From NCBI GenBank assembly GCA_039208735.1, contig JBCCQY010000206.1, forward strand, positions 1 through 13,483: DNA of 13,483 nucleotides, given 5' to 3'. Source of the DNA: Myxococcota bacterium (GTDB lineage Bacteria; Myxococcota_A; UBA796; GCA-2862545). This document shows positions 1 through 8,245 of this stretch, piece by piece. The notes beneath the pieces were generated by a model. The model worked only from the letters and a program-made list of their open reading frames with translations, had not been told where the DNA came from and did not search any database. A program made the translations under genes and the position numbers. How positions within the stretch are numbered: position 1 is the first letter of the stretch; each line of letters opens with the position of its first letter.

Positions 1-161
1 CCGATGACTCGACCCGATAGCCGTTCACCCTTCTTCTCAGCTCGAACACCATTGGAAGGACATCATGTGCGGGCTGGTGGAAAGGTACCATGTACCCAGG
101 ATGAATCCTGCATGAACCCACTGGATTCCCCCGTATCGAAAAAGGGGGTAGGGTGGGTCTG

Positions 162-1814
162 ATGACCACAAGGAGCCATAGGACGCAGTCGTCGAAACCC
201 TCGCTGCTCGTGAGGGGAAGGCGGCTCGCCGACCACTGGACCATCGGCGCTCGGTGGGCAGTGTTCGACGATCTGCATCTGCACGCCGGCAGCTCCGAGA
301 TCGAAGTAGACATCGCGGCGTGGCGGTACCAGGGCAGTCAGCTGTTGCCCAAGTTTCTGGACGCTCTCGAAGCAGATCGTCAGCGATTCAGTGCGCTGGT
401 CCATCCACAGGTGTGCCGAACCTTCGACATCGGACGGGTACCGAGCGAGCTTACCTGCTACTGGGTGCAAGAGTCCCCTGGCGGCGTGTCGCTCCTGCAG
501 CACCTGCACGAACGCTCGGTGGTCGTGCCGGATCTGACCATCCACCTAGGCTTACAGATCGCCTTTGGTCTTGATGCGATTCATCGGGCGGGGCTGCTCC
601 ACGGCGACCTCGACCCCGAGTTCATTCGCGTGATCGGCAAAGACCGAATCAAGTTGGGTTGGGCCGGACTGGCAACCCGTGTCGAGTCCGCGGGGCTCGC
701 GACAGGGCGTGGTACCGCACGGTCGCTGGCCGAGATGGCGCCCGAGACCCTGGTGGACGGCATCGTAAGCGTCGCTTCGGACACCTACGGGTTTGCCGCA
801 CTGCTGTACCGTATGCTGGCCGGGACGTCGCCATTCCTTGTGCGGCGAGACGCTCCCCTGACAGCTCTCGACACCTCCGGGGCGCTGGCGCGCTTGCCCT
901 CTGAGGTGCCGCAAGTCCTATTTTCTTTGCTTGCCACGTCTCTCGAACTCGATCCCAGGAGGCGGCCGACCATTGAAGAGTGGGTCGAAGCCCTGCGCCA
1001 AGCGGAACGCGGGCTCATGCCAACATCGGGTCATTGGTTAACCGGAGCCCTACCTCGACGCGACACAGTGGCTCAGCCGGAATCGGAGTTTGTCGAAGAG
1101 GAGCGAGCTGCGATCGTTGCCCTTAAAGACATAGCCGAGGCGCTACGTTCGACGCCAGGCATGGAGATTCCACCCGTGCTCGAAGAGATGGTGGAGAACG
1201 GCGTCGTTCCAGCAACGTACCTACTACCGGCACCTAAGAACTGGAAATCTGAATCCCGTCGGGGCCTCACCCGCGTGAAATTCGAATTCTCTGGGCTTGA
1301 TCTTGCAGTGGATGAGCCGAGAGTTGTGGCTTCGCTTAGGGCCGCTCTTCCTTCGATCAACATTGCCGTGCTGACCCACGGTTCAATCAAGGGCACAGGG
1401 TACGTCAACAATGACGATACAGCTAGGATTGAACAAACGAAAGTGGACTGGGGTTCTGGGCCAGCCCCGGATGTGTTGACAGTAAACAAGCCCAAACCAC
1501 TCTACACAGCCGACGATGAGCCGTTCCTCGACGGGTCGTTATATCGTGCCCTCACACCGGTGTCACGACAACATGTCAGACTCGAGCTGGTTCTGCATCG
1601 CAACTTTGACGGCTACGAGGTTCGTCGTGCGTCTACGATTTTGATCGGCGAATCACCCAGTGAAAACCTCACACCGCGACAGATCGCTGGTTGGGTGGTC
1701 TTGGCCTGTCGAAGAAGAGGAATTCTGAAGGAACTCGCCCGTTGGGCCTCATTAGCCCGCCCCTTTACACGAGAGTTTCTGGCGGTCGAGTTTGATTCGT
1801 CGACTTTCGAATAG
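162..1814 (+). CDS. Ser/Thr (Hanks-type) kinase-fold protein, probably a pseudokinase, with a C-terminal region resembling TRADD-N and effector-associated (EAD/death-like) domains
   Basis: Kinase subdomains recognisable: LVHPQVCRTFDIG, YWVQE, GLDAIHRAGLLHGDLDPEFI, IKLGWAGLA, EMAPE, SDTYGFAALLYRMLAGTSPF, LDPRRRP. Catalytic motifs are degenerate. ATG at 162 follows a purine-rich tract; GTG at 153 is an alternative start. C-terminal domain calls are pattern-based inference. Confidence 0.8.
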   Translation: MTTRSHRTQSSKPSLLVRGRRLADHWTIGARWAVFDDLHLHAGSSEIEVDIAAWRYQGSQLLPKFLDALEADRQRFSALVHPQVCRTFDIGRVPSELTCYWVQESPGGVSLLQHLHERSVVVPDLTIHLGLQIAFGLDAIHRAGLLHGDLDPEFIRVIGKDRIKLGWAGLATRVESAGLATGRGTARSLAEMAPETLVDGIVSVASDTYGFAALLYRMLAGTSPFLVRRDAPLTALDTSGALARLPSEVPQVLFSLLATSLELDPRRRPTIEEWVEALRQAERGLMPTSGHWLTGALPRRDTVAQPESEFVEEERAAIVALKDIAEALRSTPGMEIPPVLEEMVENGVVPATYLLPAPKNWKSESRRGLTRVKFEFSGLDLAVDEPRVVASLRAALPSINIAVLTHGSIKGTGYVNNDDTARIEQTKVDWGSGPAPDVLTVNKPKPLYTADDEPFLDGSLYRALTPVSRQHVRLELVLHRNFDGYEVRRASTILIGESPSENLTPRQIAGWVVLACRRRGILKELARWASLARPFTREFLAVEFDSSTFE

Positions 1815-2252
1815 TGGAGAGAGCGTCGGGCCTGAAGGCGACGCGAATCCGTGCCCATCCTTCGCGAATCTGAACGCTGGATGGACAGCGTGGTGCCGCG
1901 GTTTGCACCCGACGAAGCAATCGCTAAGGCCATTCGCTACGTGCGCACCCATCGCGATGCGTTGTGGCGCTTCGTCGACCACGGCACCGTGCCCTTGACC
2001 AACAACTTGTCGGAACGCGAACTGGGCGTCATCGGCCGGGGTCGCAAGGCCTTTCTGTTCGCCGGCAGCGACGCCGGAGCCCGTCGATTGGCCGTGCTTC
2101 ACACCGTCGTTCGGACCTGCCAGCGCCTGCGTGCCGATCCGTTCGCCTACCTGTGCGACGTCCTGCCCCGCTTGAGCGTGATGCCCGCGAACCGCGGCCT
2201 TCGCCTGGCTGACCTGACCCCGCACGGTTGGTTCGCCCTCCAAGACCGCTAG
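1815..2252 (+). pseudogene. tnpC: IS66-family transposase TnpC, C-terminal remnant
   Basis: Translation ERRA*RRRESVPIL...AKAIRY...PLTNNLSERELGVIGRGRKAFLFAGSDAGARRLAVLHTVVRTC...DPFAYLCDVLPRL...LADLTPHGW matches the IS66 TnpC C-terminus (NNxxERxxR, GRKNxLFxGS, DPxxYLxDVL, LxPxxW). In-frame TGA at 1833-1835; the N-terminal part and tnpA/tnpB are absent. Confidence 0.88.
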
Positions 2253-2294
2253 GTTCGAACTTCCGCCTTATTCGACCGTCCCGAACCGACCACC

Positions 2295-2313
2295 GGGGCT
2301 TGCCCGAGCCTAC
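2295..2313. mobile_element. Possible degenerate right terminal inverted repeat of the IS66 remnant
   Basis: GGGGCTTGCCCGAGCCTAC about 45-60 nt after the tnpC stop. Its reverse complement begins GTAGGC, resembling the GTAA/GTAAGC-type IS66 termini. No left end is available for comparison. Confidence 0.35.
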
Positions 2314-2605
2314 AGGTCGACGGTCGCAGTGCAACCACAATCCCCACTTCTTGGGGACGAGATCTTCCGCCATCCGGTGAGTTCAACTTGCGGATTAACT
2401 TTGCGTGAATTTCAGATGGAGCGCCAGTGCTAGTGTTCGGCAAGGACAACAACGAAGAGGAAGCTCGCAGCTGGACAAGCGGCATGAAGTGCCACTGCAC
2501 GTGCGCGCAACGGTGGAGTTCGAATGAGTATGGCGTTCTGGTCGGCCAAGATTTGCAAGTGGAAGCAACCTCACCACTCTCAAAATAGTCGGTATTGAAG
2601 GCCAA

Positions 2606-3946
2606 TTGTCTCAAGATCCAAATCGCGTCTTCATCAGCTATAGCCACGATAATGATGGTCATTCCAAGGCCGTGCTTGAGCTAGCTCAACAGCTACGCCG
2701 TGACGGTGTCAACGCTGTCATTGACAAGTTCCAGTCGCACCAGGAAGACTGGGTGGTGTGGATGAGGGATCAGGTGGAGGCCGCGCAGACCGTGCTCTGC
2801 GTGTGCTCGACCAACTGGCGCACTCGGTATGAGGGGAAAGCCGACGACGGGAACGACTTCGGCGTACGCATCGAGGGCGACCTCCTCAGAGATCGAATCG
2901 CACAGGCCAAGCGGGAACGTAGGCCACACGGCATCATTCCTGTAGGCATCGGAGAACGACCGCCCAACAACGTGGTTCCCGCACTGTTGCGCAACACCAC
3001 TTCTTATGGCCTTGCTCCAGGAAGCAGCGACTACCAGGCTCTCCTCGACTGGCTCCGGGGTGACGCTAGCGTGACCCCGGAGCCACTCGCCGAGGCACCC
3101 GTGCTCTCCCGCGGTGCTCGTGCGCCTATGGTGCAGGTTCTGGTCTTGCTGGACGCCCTACAGCCAGGCGACTTGGAGGGCGTCGAGGCACACATCACTC
3201 GGCCCGGCCTCGCACGGCACGTGCTGCGACTTACAGAGCACGGCTACCAACGGCCATCAGAGGACGCTCCTCGTGACGCCCTTGACTGGTCCATGCTGTC
3301 GACTGCCATCGATCAGTTGGCCAAGTCTCTTCACGCCCACCGCCTGGAGGCCACCGCACCCATCGAGGTTTACGTCAGTGGCCACGCGCCGCTCGGTGCG
3401 TTCTACGCCTTGGGCACTCGCCTCGACACGCGCACGATGTGGGTCACCCACCTGCAGGCGAACAAGCATTCGCCCGAGCGGTGGGATGTTCTCGATCTCA
3501 CCCCACGTCCCGGCGGTGAGCTTCCATTGGTCGCATCTGGCATCGAGGGTCGTGCCCGACGGGGCGCGGGCCAGCTCGCCGTCTACATCTCTCCCCTCCA
3601 GCAAGATGTCCCCGCCGAGCAGATCGAGGAAGCTCTCGGCGATGACGGACCTCCTCTGCTCGAGATCGTCAGTTTGGTCGCGCCTGGCCACGAGCGACTG
3701 GACATCGACCGACAAGGGATGCCTTCGATCAGCCACCAGTTGGGAGAGCTGTTCGAGCAGATCGAGCGAGTCTACCCGCGACGCCTCGGCATGTCGCTCT
3801 TCCTCCACTGTCCCGCCTTCGTGGCCCTTGCAGCCGGCTGGCTCACCATTCCCCACCACCATCTGGAAGGGGAGCGTACCATCGACTTGTTCGCCTACGT
3901 GGCCGGAACCTACCACCGCGTGCTTCGTTTGCCTCTTCGGCCGTGA
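2606..3946 (+). CDS. SEFIR/TIR-SAVED fusion; predicted cyclic-oligonucleotide-activated effector (putative NADase)
   Basis: N-terminal RVFISYSHD...VLELAQQLRRDGVNAVID...WVVWMRDQVEAAQTVLCVCS...GVRIEG is SEFIR/TIR-like, with E90 (nt 2873-2875) at the position of the TIR catalytic Glu. The C-terminal half has two SAVED-type motifs (VYVSGHAPLGAFYALG and LFLHCPAFVALAAG) and ends FAYVAGTYHRVLRL. TTG start preceded by GAAGG. Lies directly upstream of cas10. Confidence 0.85.
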   Translation: MSQDPNRVFISYSHDNDGHSKAVLELAQQLRRDGVNAVIDKFQSHQEDWVVWMRDQVEAAQTVLCVCSTNWRTRYEGKADDGNDFGVRIEGDLLRDRIAQAKRERRPHGIIPVGIGERPPNNVVPALLRNTTSYGLAPGSSDYQALLDWLRGDASVTPEPLAEAPVLSRGARAPMVQVLVLLDALQPGDLEGVEAHITRPGLARHVLRLTEHGYQRPSEDAPRDALDWSMLSTAIDQLAKSLHAHRLEATAPIEVYVSGHAPLGAFYALGTRLDTRTMWVTHLQANKHSPERWDVLDLTPRPGGELPLVASGIEGRARRGAGQLAVYISPLQQDVPAEQIEEALGDDGPPLLEIVSLVAPGHERLDIDRQGMPSISHQLGELFEQIERVYPRRLGMSLFLHCPAFVALAAGWLTIPHHHLEGERTIDLFAYVAGTYHRVLRLPLRP

Positions 3947-4006
3947 CCCTGACCAGCGCAACGGCGACACAAGCAACCCCACCACCTTCTTCCCGAGCTA
4001 CGTGCA

Positions 4007-5839
4007 GTGAGCACTCCTCACCTGATCTTGTGGACCTGTGGACCCGTCCAGAGCTTCATCGCAGCTGCCCGTAAGGGCCGCGATCTCTGGTTTGGATCTT
4101 GGCTGCTGTCCGAAGTCTCGACGGCAGCCGCCAACGCGTTTCTCGAGTCCGGCGCTCGACTGCTGCTTCCCGCGCCTCCCGAACCCGTGGTGGAGAACCT
4201 GGCGAGACTGGACTTCGACGTGCCCAATCGGGTGCTGGTCCAGGTGAGCACGGACAACCCGAGGGCACTCGCGGAGCACGTAAGTGAGAAGGCAAGCCAG
4301 CAGCTTCGGACGATGGCCACGAAGACCTTCGACACCCTCGAGGAGCAAGGACATCGCAACCAGTACGACCGTGAGGAGGCGATTCAGCAAATCGAGGATC
4401 TCCTCGACACCGCTTGGGCGTCCGTGCGTTGTACCGAACGACCTCAACGCGACCGGTCTCGAGTGGTCGCCTTGCTGGAGGCTCGACGTTCGGCGCGGCT
4501 GTTCACACCCCCGCTCTTCGCCCAACCGGGCGTGCCCAAGAGCTCGCTCGATGGAGCGCGCGAGGTCGTCACTCGCAAGGGCGCCGGGCTGAGACTGGGC
4601 CTTACTCACGACGAGCGCCTATGTGGTGTGGGTCTGCTCAAGCGGATGGGCCACCACATCGCGAAGGACGCCCCAGGCGGGCGGCTGGCTTCAGTATCGG
4701 CTTTTGCGCTGCACACGTGGTTGCGACCAGCGCTTGGTCCACATCAGGAACATCTCGAGGCAGTTGAGAATGCCGTCAAAGCCTTCGCTGACGAACTCAG
4801 GCGTAGCCAGTTCTTCACAAAGCTGGAACAGCCTCGAGCGTTTCCACTCCTCGGCCAGCTCGATGCTCACGCCTTCTACGCGAACCGCGTCCATGAGTTC
4901 GCGCAGGAGGACAAGCAAGAAAGGGACAAGCAAGACGAAGGTCCGCAACACAAAGACGGGCTGAACGATCTCCGAACGCACCACACCAGGGCGTTGAACA
5001 CCTTCCTCGACACTGTGGCCCGCGACACCAACGTGCGTCTTCCTCGGGTGCCCAACCCCTACTACGCCATTCTGTTGGGCGATGGCGACCAGCTCGGTCG
5101 CTACCTGAGACCCCTCGACCACCAAGAGTTGGCGCAGGTTTCTGGTGTGCTCTCAGCGTTCGCTGCCAGCGTGCGCGACGACGTGTTCCGTCCGGAACGC
5201 CTGGCCGGCGCCTGTGTCTACGCGGGTGGCGATGACGTGCTCGCACTCGTGCCCGTAGACGTAGCGCTTCAGCAGGCTCGAGCTCTGTCGGACCGCTTCG
5301 CGGCGGCGTTCGAGGAGCTTGGCGAGAGTCTGCTGGCGCGTCACGGCGTGCCCACGTTCTCCGTAGGCATTTGTGTTGCCCACCACCTCACTCCCCTCCG
5401 TGATGCCCTTGCTGGGGCACGCGCCGCCGAGGCAACCGCCAAGGAGATTGCCGGCCGCTGTGCATGGGCCGTGCGTGTCAACAAACGCAGTGGTGCACCC
5501 ATCACCATCCACGGGCCCTGGACGGATGACAGCGACCGCGCGCTCATCCGGCTCACCACCCTGTCAGCCGCAGGAGGCGATGTTCCACGCGGACTTGCCC
5601 ATGAGCTGGTGGAGGTCGCGAGACGCCTTGGCGTTGCCACCGAGGTGCTGGAGCGTTGTGAGCTGATTCGGGTACTCGCCCAGAAGGGTGACGCCGTCCA
5701 GCAGCACCGCGACTTCTTTCTCGGCGAGCTTGAACGAGCGCGGTCGCACCATGGCAACCACACAAGCGGCTTGGCGAACCTCGCGGAACGGTTGGTCGTC
5801 GCCCGCGCGCTTGCTGGCCTCGGAGGCGCCGCAGCATGA
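4007..5839 (+). CDS. cas10: Type III-B Cas10/Cmr2 large subunit lacking the HD nuclease domain, cyclase motifs intact
   Basis: Starts directly with GPVQSFIAAARKGRDLWFGSWLLS (Cmr2 Palm1 signature). Has YYAILLGDGDQLG (DGD at 5081-5089) and VYAGGDDVLAL (GGDD at 5225-5236), then FSVGICVAHHLTPL and KRSG. Only 610 aa with no N-terminal HD domain. Confidence 0.95.
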   Translation: MSTPHLILWTCGPVQSFIAAARKGRDLWFGSWLLSEVSTAAANAFLESGARLLLPAPPEPVVENLARLDFDVPNRVLVQVSTDNPRALAEHVSEKASQQLRTMATKTFDTLEEQGHRNQYDREEAIQQIEDLLDTAWASVRCTERPQRDRSRVVALLEARRSARLFTPPLFAQPGVPKSSLDGAREVVTRKGAGLRLGLTHDERLCGVGLLKRMGHHIAKDAPGGRLASVSAFALHTWLRPALGPHQEHLEAVENAVKAFADELRRSQFFTKLEQPRAFPLLGQLDAHAFYANRVHEFAQEDKQERDKQDEGPQHKDGLNDLRTHHTRALNTFLDTVARDTNVRLPRVPNPYYAILLGDGDQLGRYLRPLDHQELAQVSGVLSAFAASVRDDVFRPERLAGACVYAGGDDVLALVPVDVALQQARALSDRFAAAFEELGESLLARHGVPTFSVGICVAHHLTPLRDALAGARAAEATAKEIAGRCAWAVRVNKRSGAPITIHGPWTDDSDRALIRLTTLSAAGGDVPRGLAHELVEVARRLGVATEVLERCELIRVLAQKGDAVQQHRDFFLGELERARSHHGNHTSGLANLAERLVVARALAGLGGAAA

Positions 5840-7035
5840 CCGGATTCCTTATTCACCCCCTCGATCCTTTGGTATTCGGTAGCGGCCGCCCATTCACTTC
5901 CGTGCCAGGCAGCCGGGTGACCTCCCGCTCCCTGCCGCCTCCGAGCACACTCGCTGGAGCTGTGCGAACAGAGGCCGGTCGAGACGCCAATGGACGCTTC
6001 GACATCTCCCAGATCGAGACTCTTCTGGCCGAAGCAGTATACGGTCCACTGCTGGCAGTGGACGCAGACTCACCCGAGCTCGCGCTCCCGTCGCCGGCCG
6101 ATGCCATTCGGCTGCGCGGTGATGTCTCCGAAGAGCACCTGCTAAGGAGACGCGTTCCCCTCGAGCTAAGCGACGGGGACTATGTCTCCACCCACCACCT
6201 CGCACCCGTTGGAAGCGTGATCACGGACGACAGGAAGGAGGTCAAGAGTCCGCCTGCATTCTGGACCCAGCGCGATCTGTTGAGCTGGCTCGTGGACCCT
6301 CCACCCCCTGTGGAGACGCGTCCACTCTCCGAGCATTGGGGCATCAGCGGCCCCGATGCCGAGGTCCGAATCCACGTGCGCGTAGACCGCCGCTCGAATC
6401 TCGCTGATGAAGGCGGTCTGTTCTCCACCGAAGGCCGACGGTTCGTAGGTCGGCGACACGGTGAGCTCGTGGCGCTCGCCATGTACGGCGAGACCACAGC
6501 GGATCTGCCGTTGCCGAGCCACGCCGTCATCGGAGGCGAGGGTCGACTCTCTCGTCTTGCGTCGTGTGACCGTCTCGTCCCAGAGATCCCAAAGGTCATC
6601 GTCGACTCGGCGCGGAACGGGTTTGTACGTGCTTACCTCGCAACCCCGCTGCCGCTGGAAGACGGCACCTGGCAACCCACGGGTGTCGCGCGGATCGTCG
6701 GTCAGGCTCACGGTCCGCCGGTCGTGATCAGTGGATGGTCCATGGCGCCGCTAACAAGGACGTTCGGGTACGAGGCGGCTCGCAACTCAACTGCAAGAAG
6801 CGAGTCACCAGATCGCCCCCAGGGTGGTCCCAAACCGGTGCGTCGGTTGTTCCCCGCCGGCTCCGTGTTCTTCCTCGAACTGTCCGGAAGCGAGGACGCC
6901 CGAGAGAGCTTTGTCCGTGACCGTTGGGGGGCCTCGCTCCTAGAGGGCCAGGACGCACGAGACGGATTCGGCCTGACCCTGTTTGGCACCTGGAGCGGCA
7001 ACTGCCATCCCCTCGCGCTCGAGGATTCACCATGA
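5836..7035 (+). CDS. cmr3: Type III-B Cmr3 (Cas5-family RAMP)
   Basis: IHPLDPLVFGSGRPF, PPPSTLAGAVRT, GLFSTEGRRF, IGGEGRLS, YLATP, ISGW, PKPVRRLFPAGSVFF, DGFG. ATGA overlap with the cas10 stop. Confidence 0.93.
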   Translation: MTGFLIHPLDPLVFGSGRPFTSVPGSRVTSRSLPPPSTLAGAVRTEAGRDANGRFDISQIETLLAEAVYGPLLAVDADSPELALPSPADAIRLRGDVSEEHLLRRRVPLELSDGDYVSTHHLAPVGSVITDDRKEVKSPPAFWTQRDLLSWLVDPPPPVETRPLSEHWGISGPDAEVRIHVRVDRRSNLADEGGLFSTEGRRFVGRRHGELVALAMYGETTADLPLPSHAVIGGEGRLSRLASCDRLVPEIPKVIVDSARNGFVRAYLATPLPLEDGTWQPTGVARIVGQAHGPPVVISGWSMAPLTRTFGYEAARNSTARSESPDRPQGGPKPVRRLFPAGSVFFLELSGSEDARESFVRDRWGASLLEGQDARDGFGLTLFGTWSGNCHPLALEDSP

Positions 7036-7874
7036 GTACTACCCGTATGCTTCTGTTGCATGCTGTCACTCCGCTCCACGTCGGTACCGGCCGGGGTGAA
7101 GGTGTGATTGATCTGCCGATTGCCCGTGACCAAGTCACCCGGCACCCCCTTTTGCCTGGCTCCGGCCTCAAAGGGCCGATGCGGGCCGCGGCGAGCGAAG
7201 GGGATCGGATCGAGGTGTTCGGTCCTGAGCACAACAACATCACACACGCGAGTGCGGTGCGTTTCAGCGACGCGCGTCTCGTGGCCATGCCCTGCCCGAG
7301 CGACCATGGGACATTCGCCTGGGTGACTTCGCCCATGATCTTGGCCCGCTGGCGCCGCGACTTTGCCCACCTCATCGACTTTCCGTCCACGCCTCCCGAG
7401 ATCACCTCGGAGCAGTGCGCCTGTGCACCTGACGCGGCAATCATCGGTGATGGAAACGTGGTCCTCGACGGTGAACGCTATGAGGCGCTGGCACTTGATT
7501 CTTGGCCCCAGTGGTTTGCCGAGTTGATTTTCCCCGGCGACCTCGTTTGGCAGAACATGATGGCCAATCGCCTAGCCATCTTGCACGATGACGCGTTCGA
7601 TGCCCTGGCTCGGCACGGCACAGACGTGCGGGCCCATATCCGCATCGACCCTACCACCGGCACCGTGCACGACGGGGCCCTCTGGTACGAGGAGGCTGTT
7701 CCCGCAGAGGCTATCTTCGCTGGTGTAGTGCAGTTCATCGGTAGTCGTAGAGCCGGCCCCGCTGAGGCCTTGAAGGTGATCGAGGGGCTGCTTGAAGGGC
7801 CGCTCACACTCGGTGGCAGCAAGACATCGGGCATGGGCATCGTTCGGGGACGCCTCGCGGGAGGTGGGGCGTGA
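7032..7874 (+). CDS. cmr4: Type III-B Cmr4 (Cas7-family backbone RNase), copy a, canonical
   Basis: TPLHVGTG...IDLPIARD (H16, D27), PGSGLKG, FSDARLVAMP, FAWVTSP, IRIDPTTGTVHDGALWYEEAVP, LGGSKTSGMG. ATG at 7032 with GAGGA RBS and ATGA overlap with cmr3; the ORF track start at 6924 is too early. Confidence 0.95.
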   Translation: MSTTRMLLLHAVTPLHVGTGRGEGVIDLPIARDQVTRHPLLPGSGLKGPMRAAASEGDRIEVFGPEHNNITHASAVRFSDARLVAMPCPSDHGTFAWVTSPMILARWRRDFAHLIDFPSTPPEITSEQCACAPDAAIIGDGNVVLDGERYEALALDSWPQWFAELIFPGDLVWQNMMANRLAILHDDAFDALARHGTDVRAHIRIDPTTGTVHDGALWYEEAVPAEAIFAGVVQFIGSRRAGPAEALKVIEGLLEGPLTLGGSKTSGMGIVRGRLAGGGA

Positions 7875-8245
7875 GCTCAAACGAGCGGGCGCGAGCCCAA
7901 CAAGCCTACGAACGCGTTTCGGCACGCGCGGCCCTGGGTGGCAAGGCCTGGCGACAGTACCGCAGCATTGCCCTCAAGCTTCCGGTGATGGTTCACAACG
8001 AGGGTCTTCTGCCAGCGCTGCACTTCGTTGCTGCGCGCGGCGACGCAAACCAGAAGTTGATTCTCGACGACCTGGCTCTGGCCCTAGAGCAGGAGAACCA
8101 AGCCAGCATGCTGTGCTGGATGCGATCCCTCGAGGGCGATGCGCTTAGAAACGGCACCCTTGAAGTTCAGCGACGGCTCGGTTGGTACAAACGGCTGGTG
8201 CAGGCCTTCGGCAAGGAGCCTGTGGATCCTGGGGTAGTGCCATGA
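7871..8245 (+). CDS. cmr5: Type III-B Cmr5 (Cas11 small subunit), copy a
   Basis: 124 aa helical protein with RAQQAYERV, YRSIALKLPVMVHNEGLLPALHF and LGWYKRL. GTGA overlap with cmr4a. Confidence 0.9.
   Translation: MSSNERARAQQAYERVSARAALGGKAWRQYRSIALKLPVMVHNEGLLPALHFVAARGDANQKLILDDLALALEQENQASMLCWMRSLEGDALRNGTLEVQRRLGWYKRLVQAFGKEPVDPGVVP

Noticed and set aside
3114..4010. 298-aa alternative-frame ORF whose stop overlaps the cas10 GTG
   Set aside because: Ser/Pro/Arg-rich shadow translation overlapping SEFIR-SAVED, which ends with a natural SAVED C-terminus. Any GTGA start creates this TGA automatically.
4535..4645. Degenerate zinc-ribbon region of Cas10 (KSSLDG...ERLCGVG) as a sign of inactivation
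   Set aside because: Loss of these cysteines occurs in other HD-less Cmr2 proteins, and the cyclase motifs are intact.
4909..4935. GGACAAGCAAGA repeated at a 15-nt period in cas10 (DKQE/DKQD)
   Set aside because: Two-copy in-frame microduplication in a charged loop with no evident significance.
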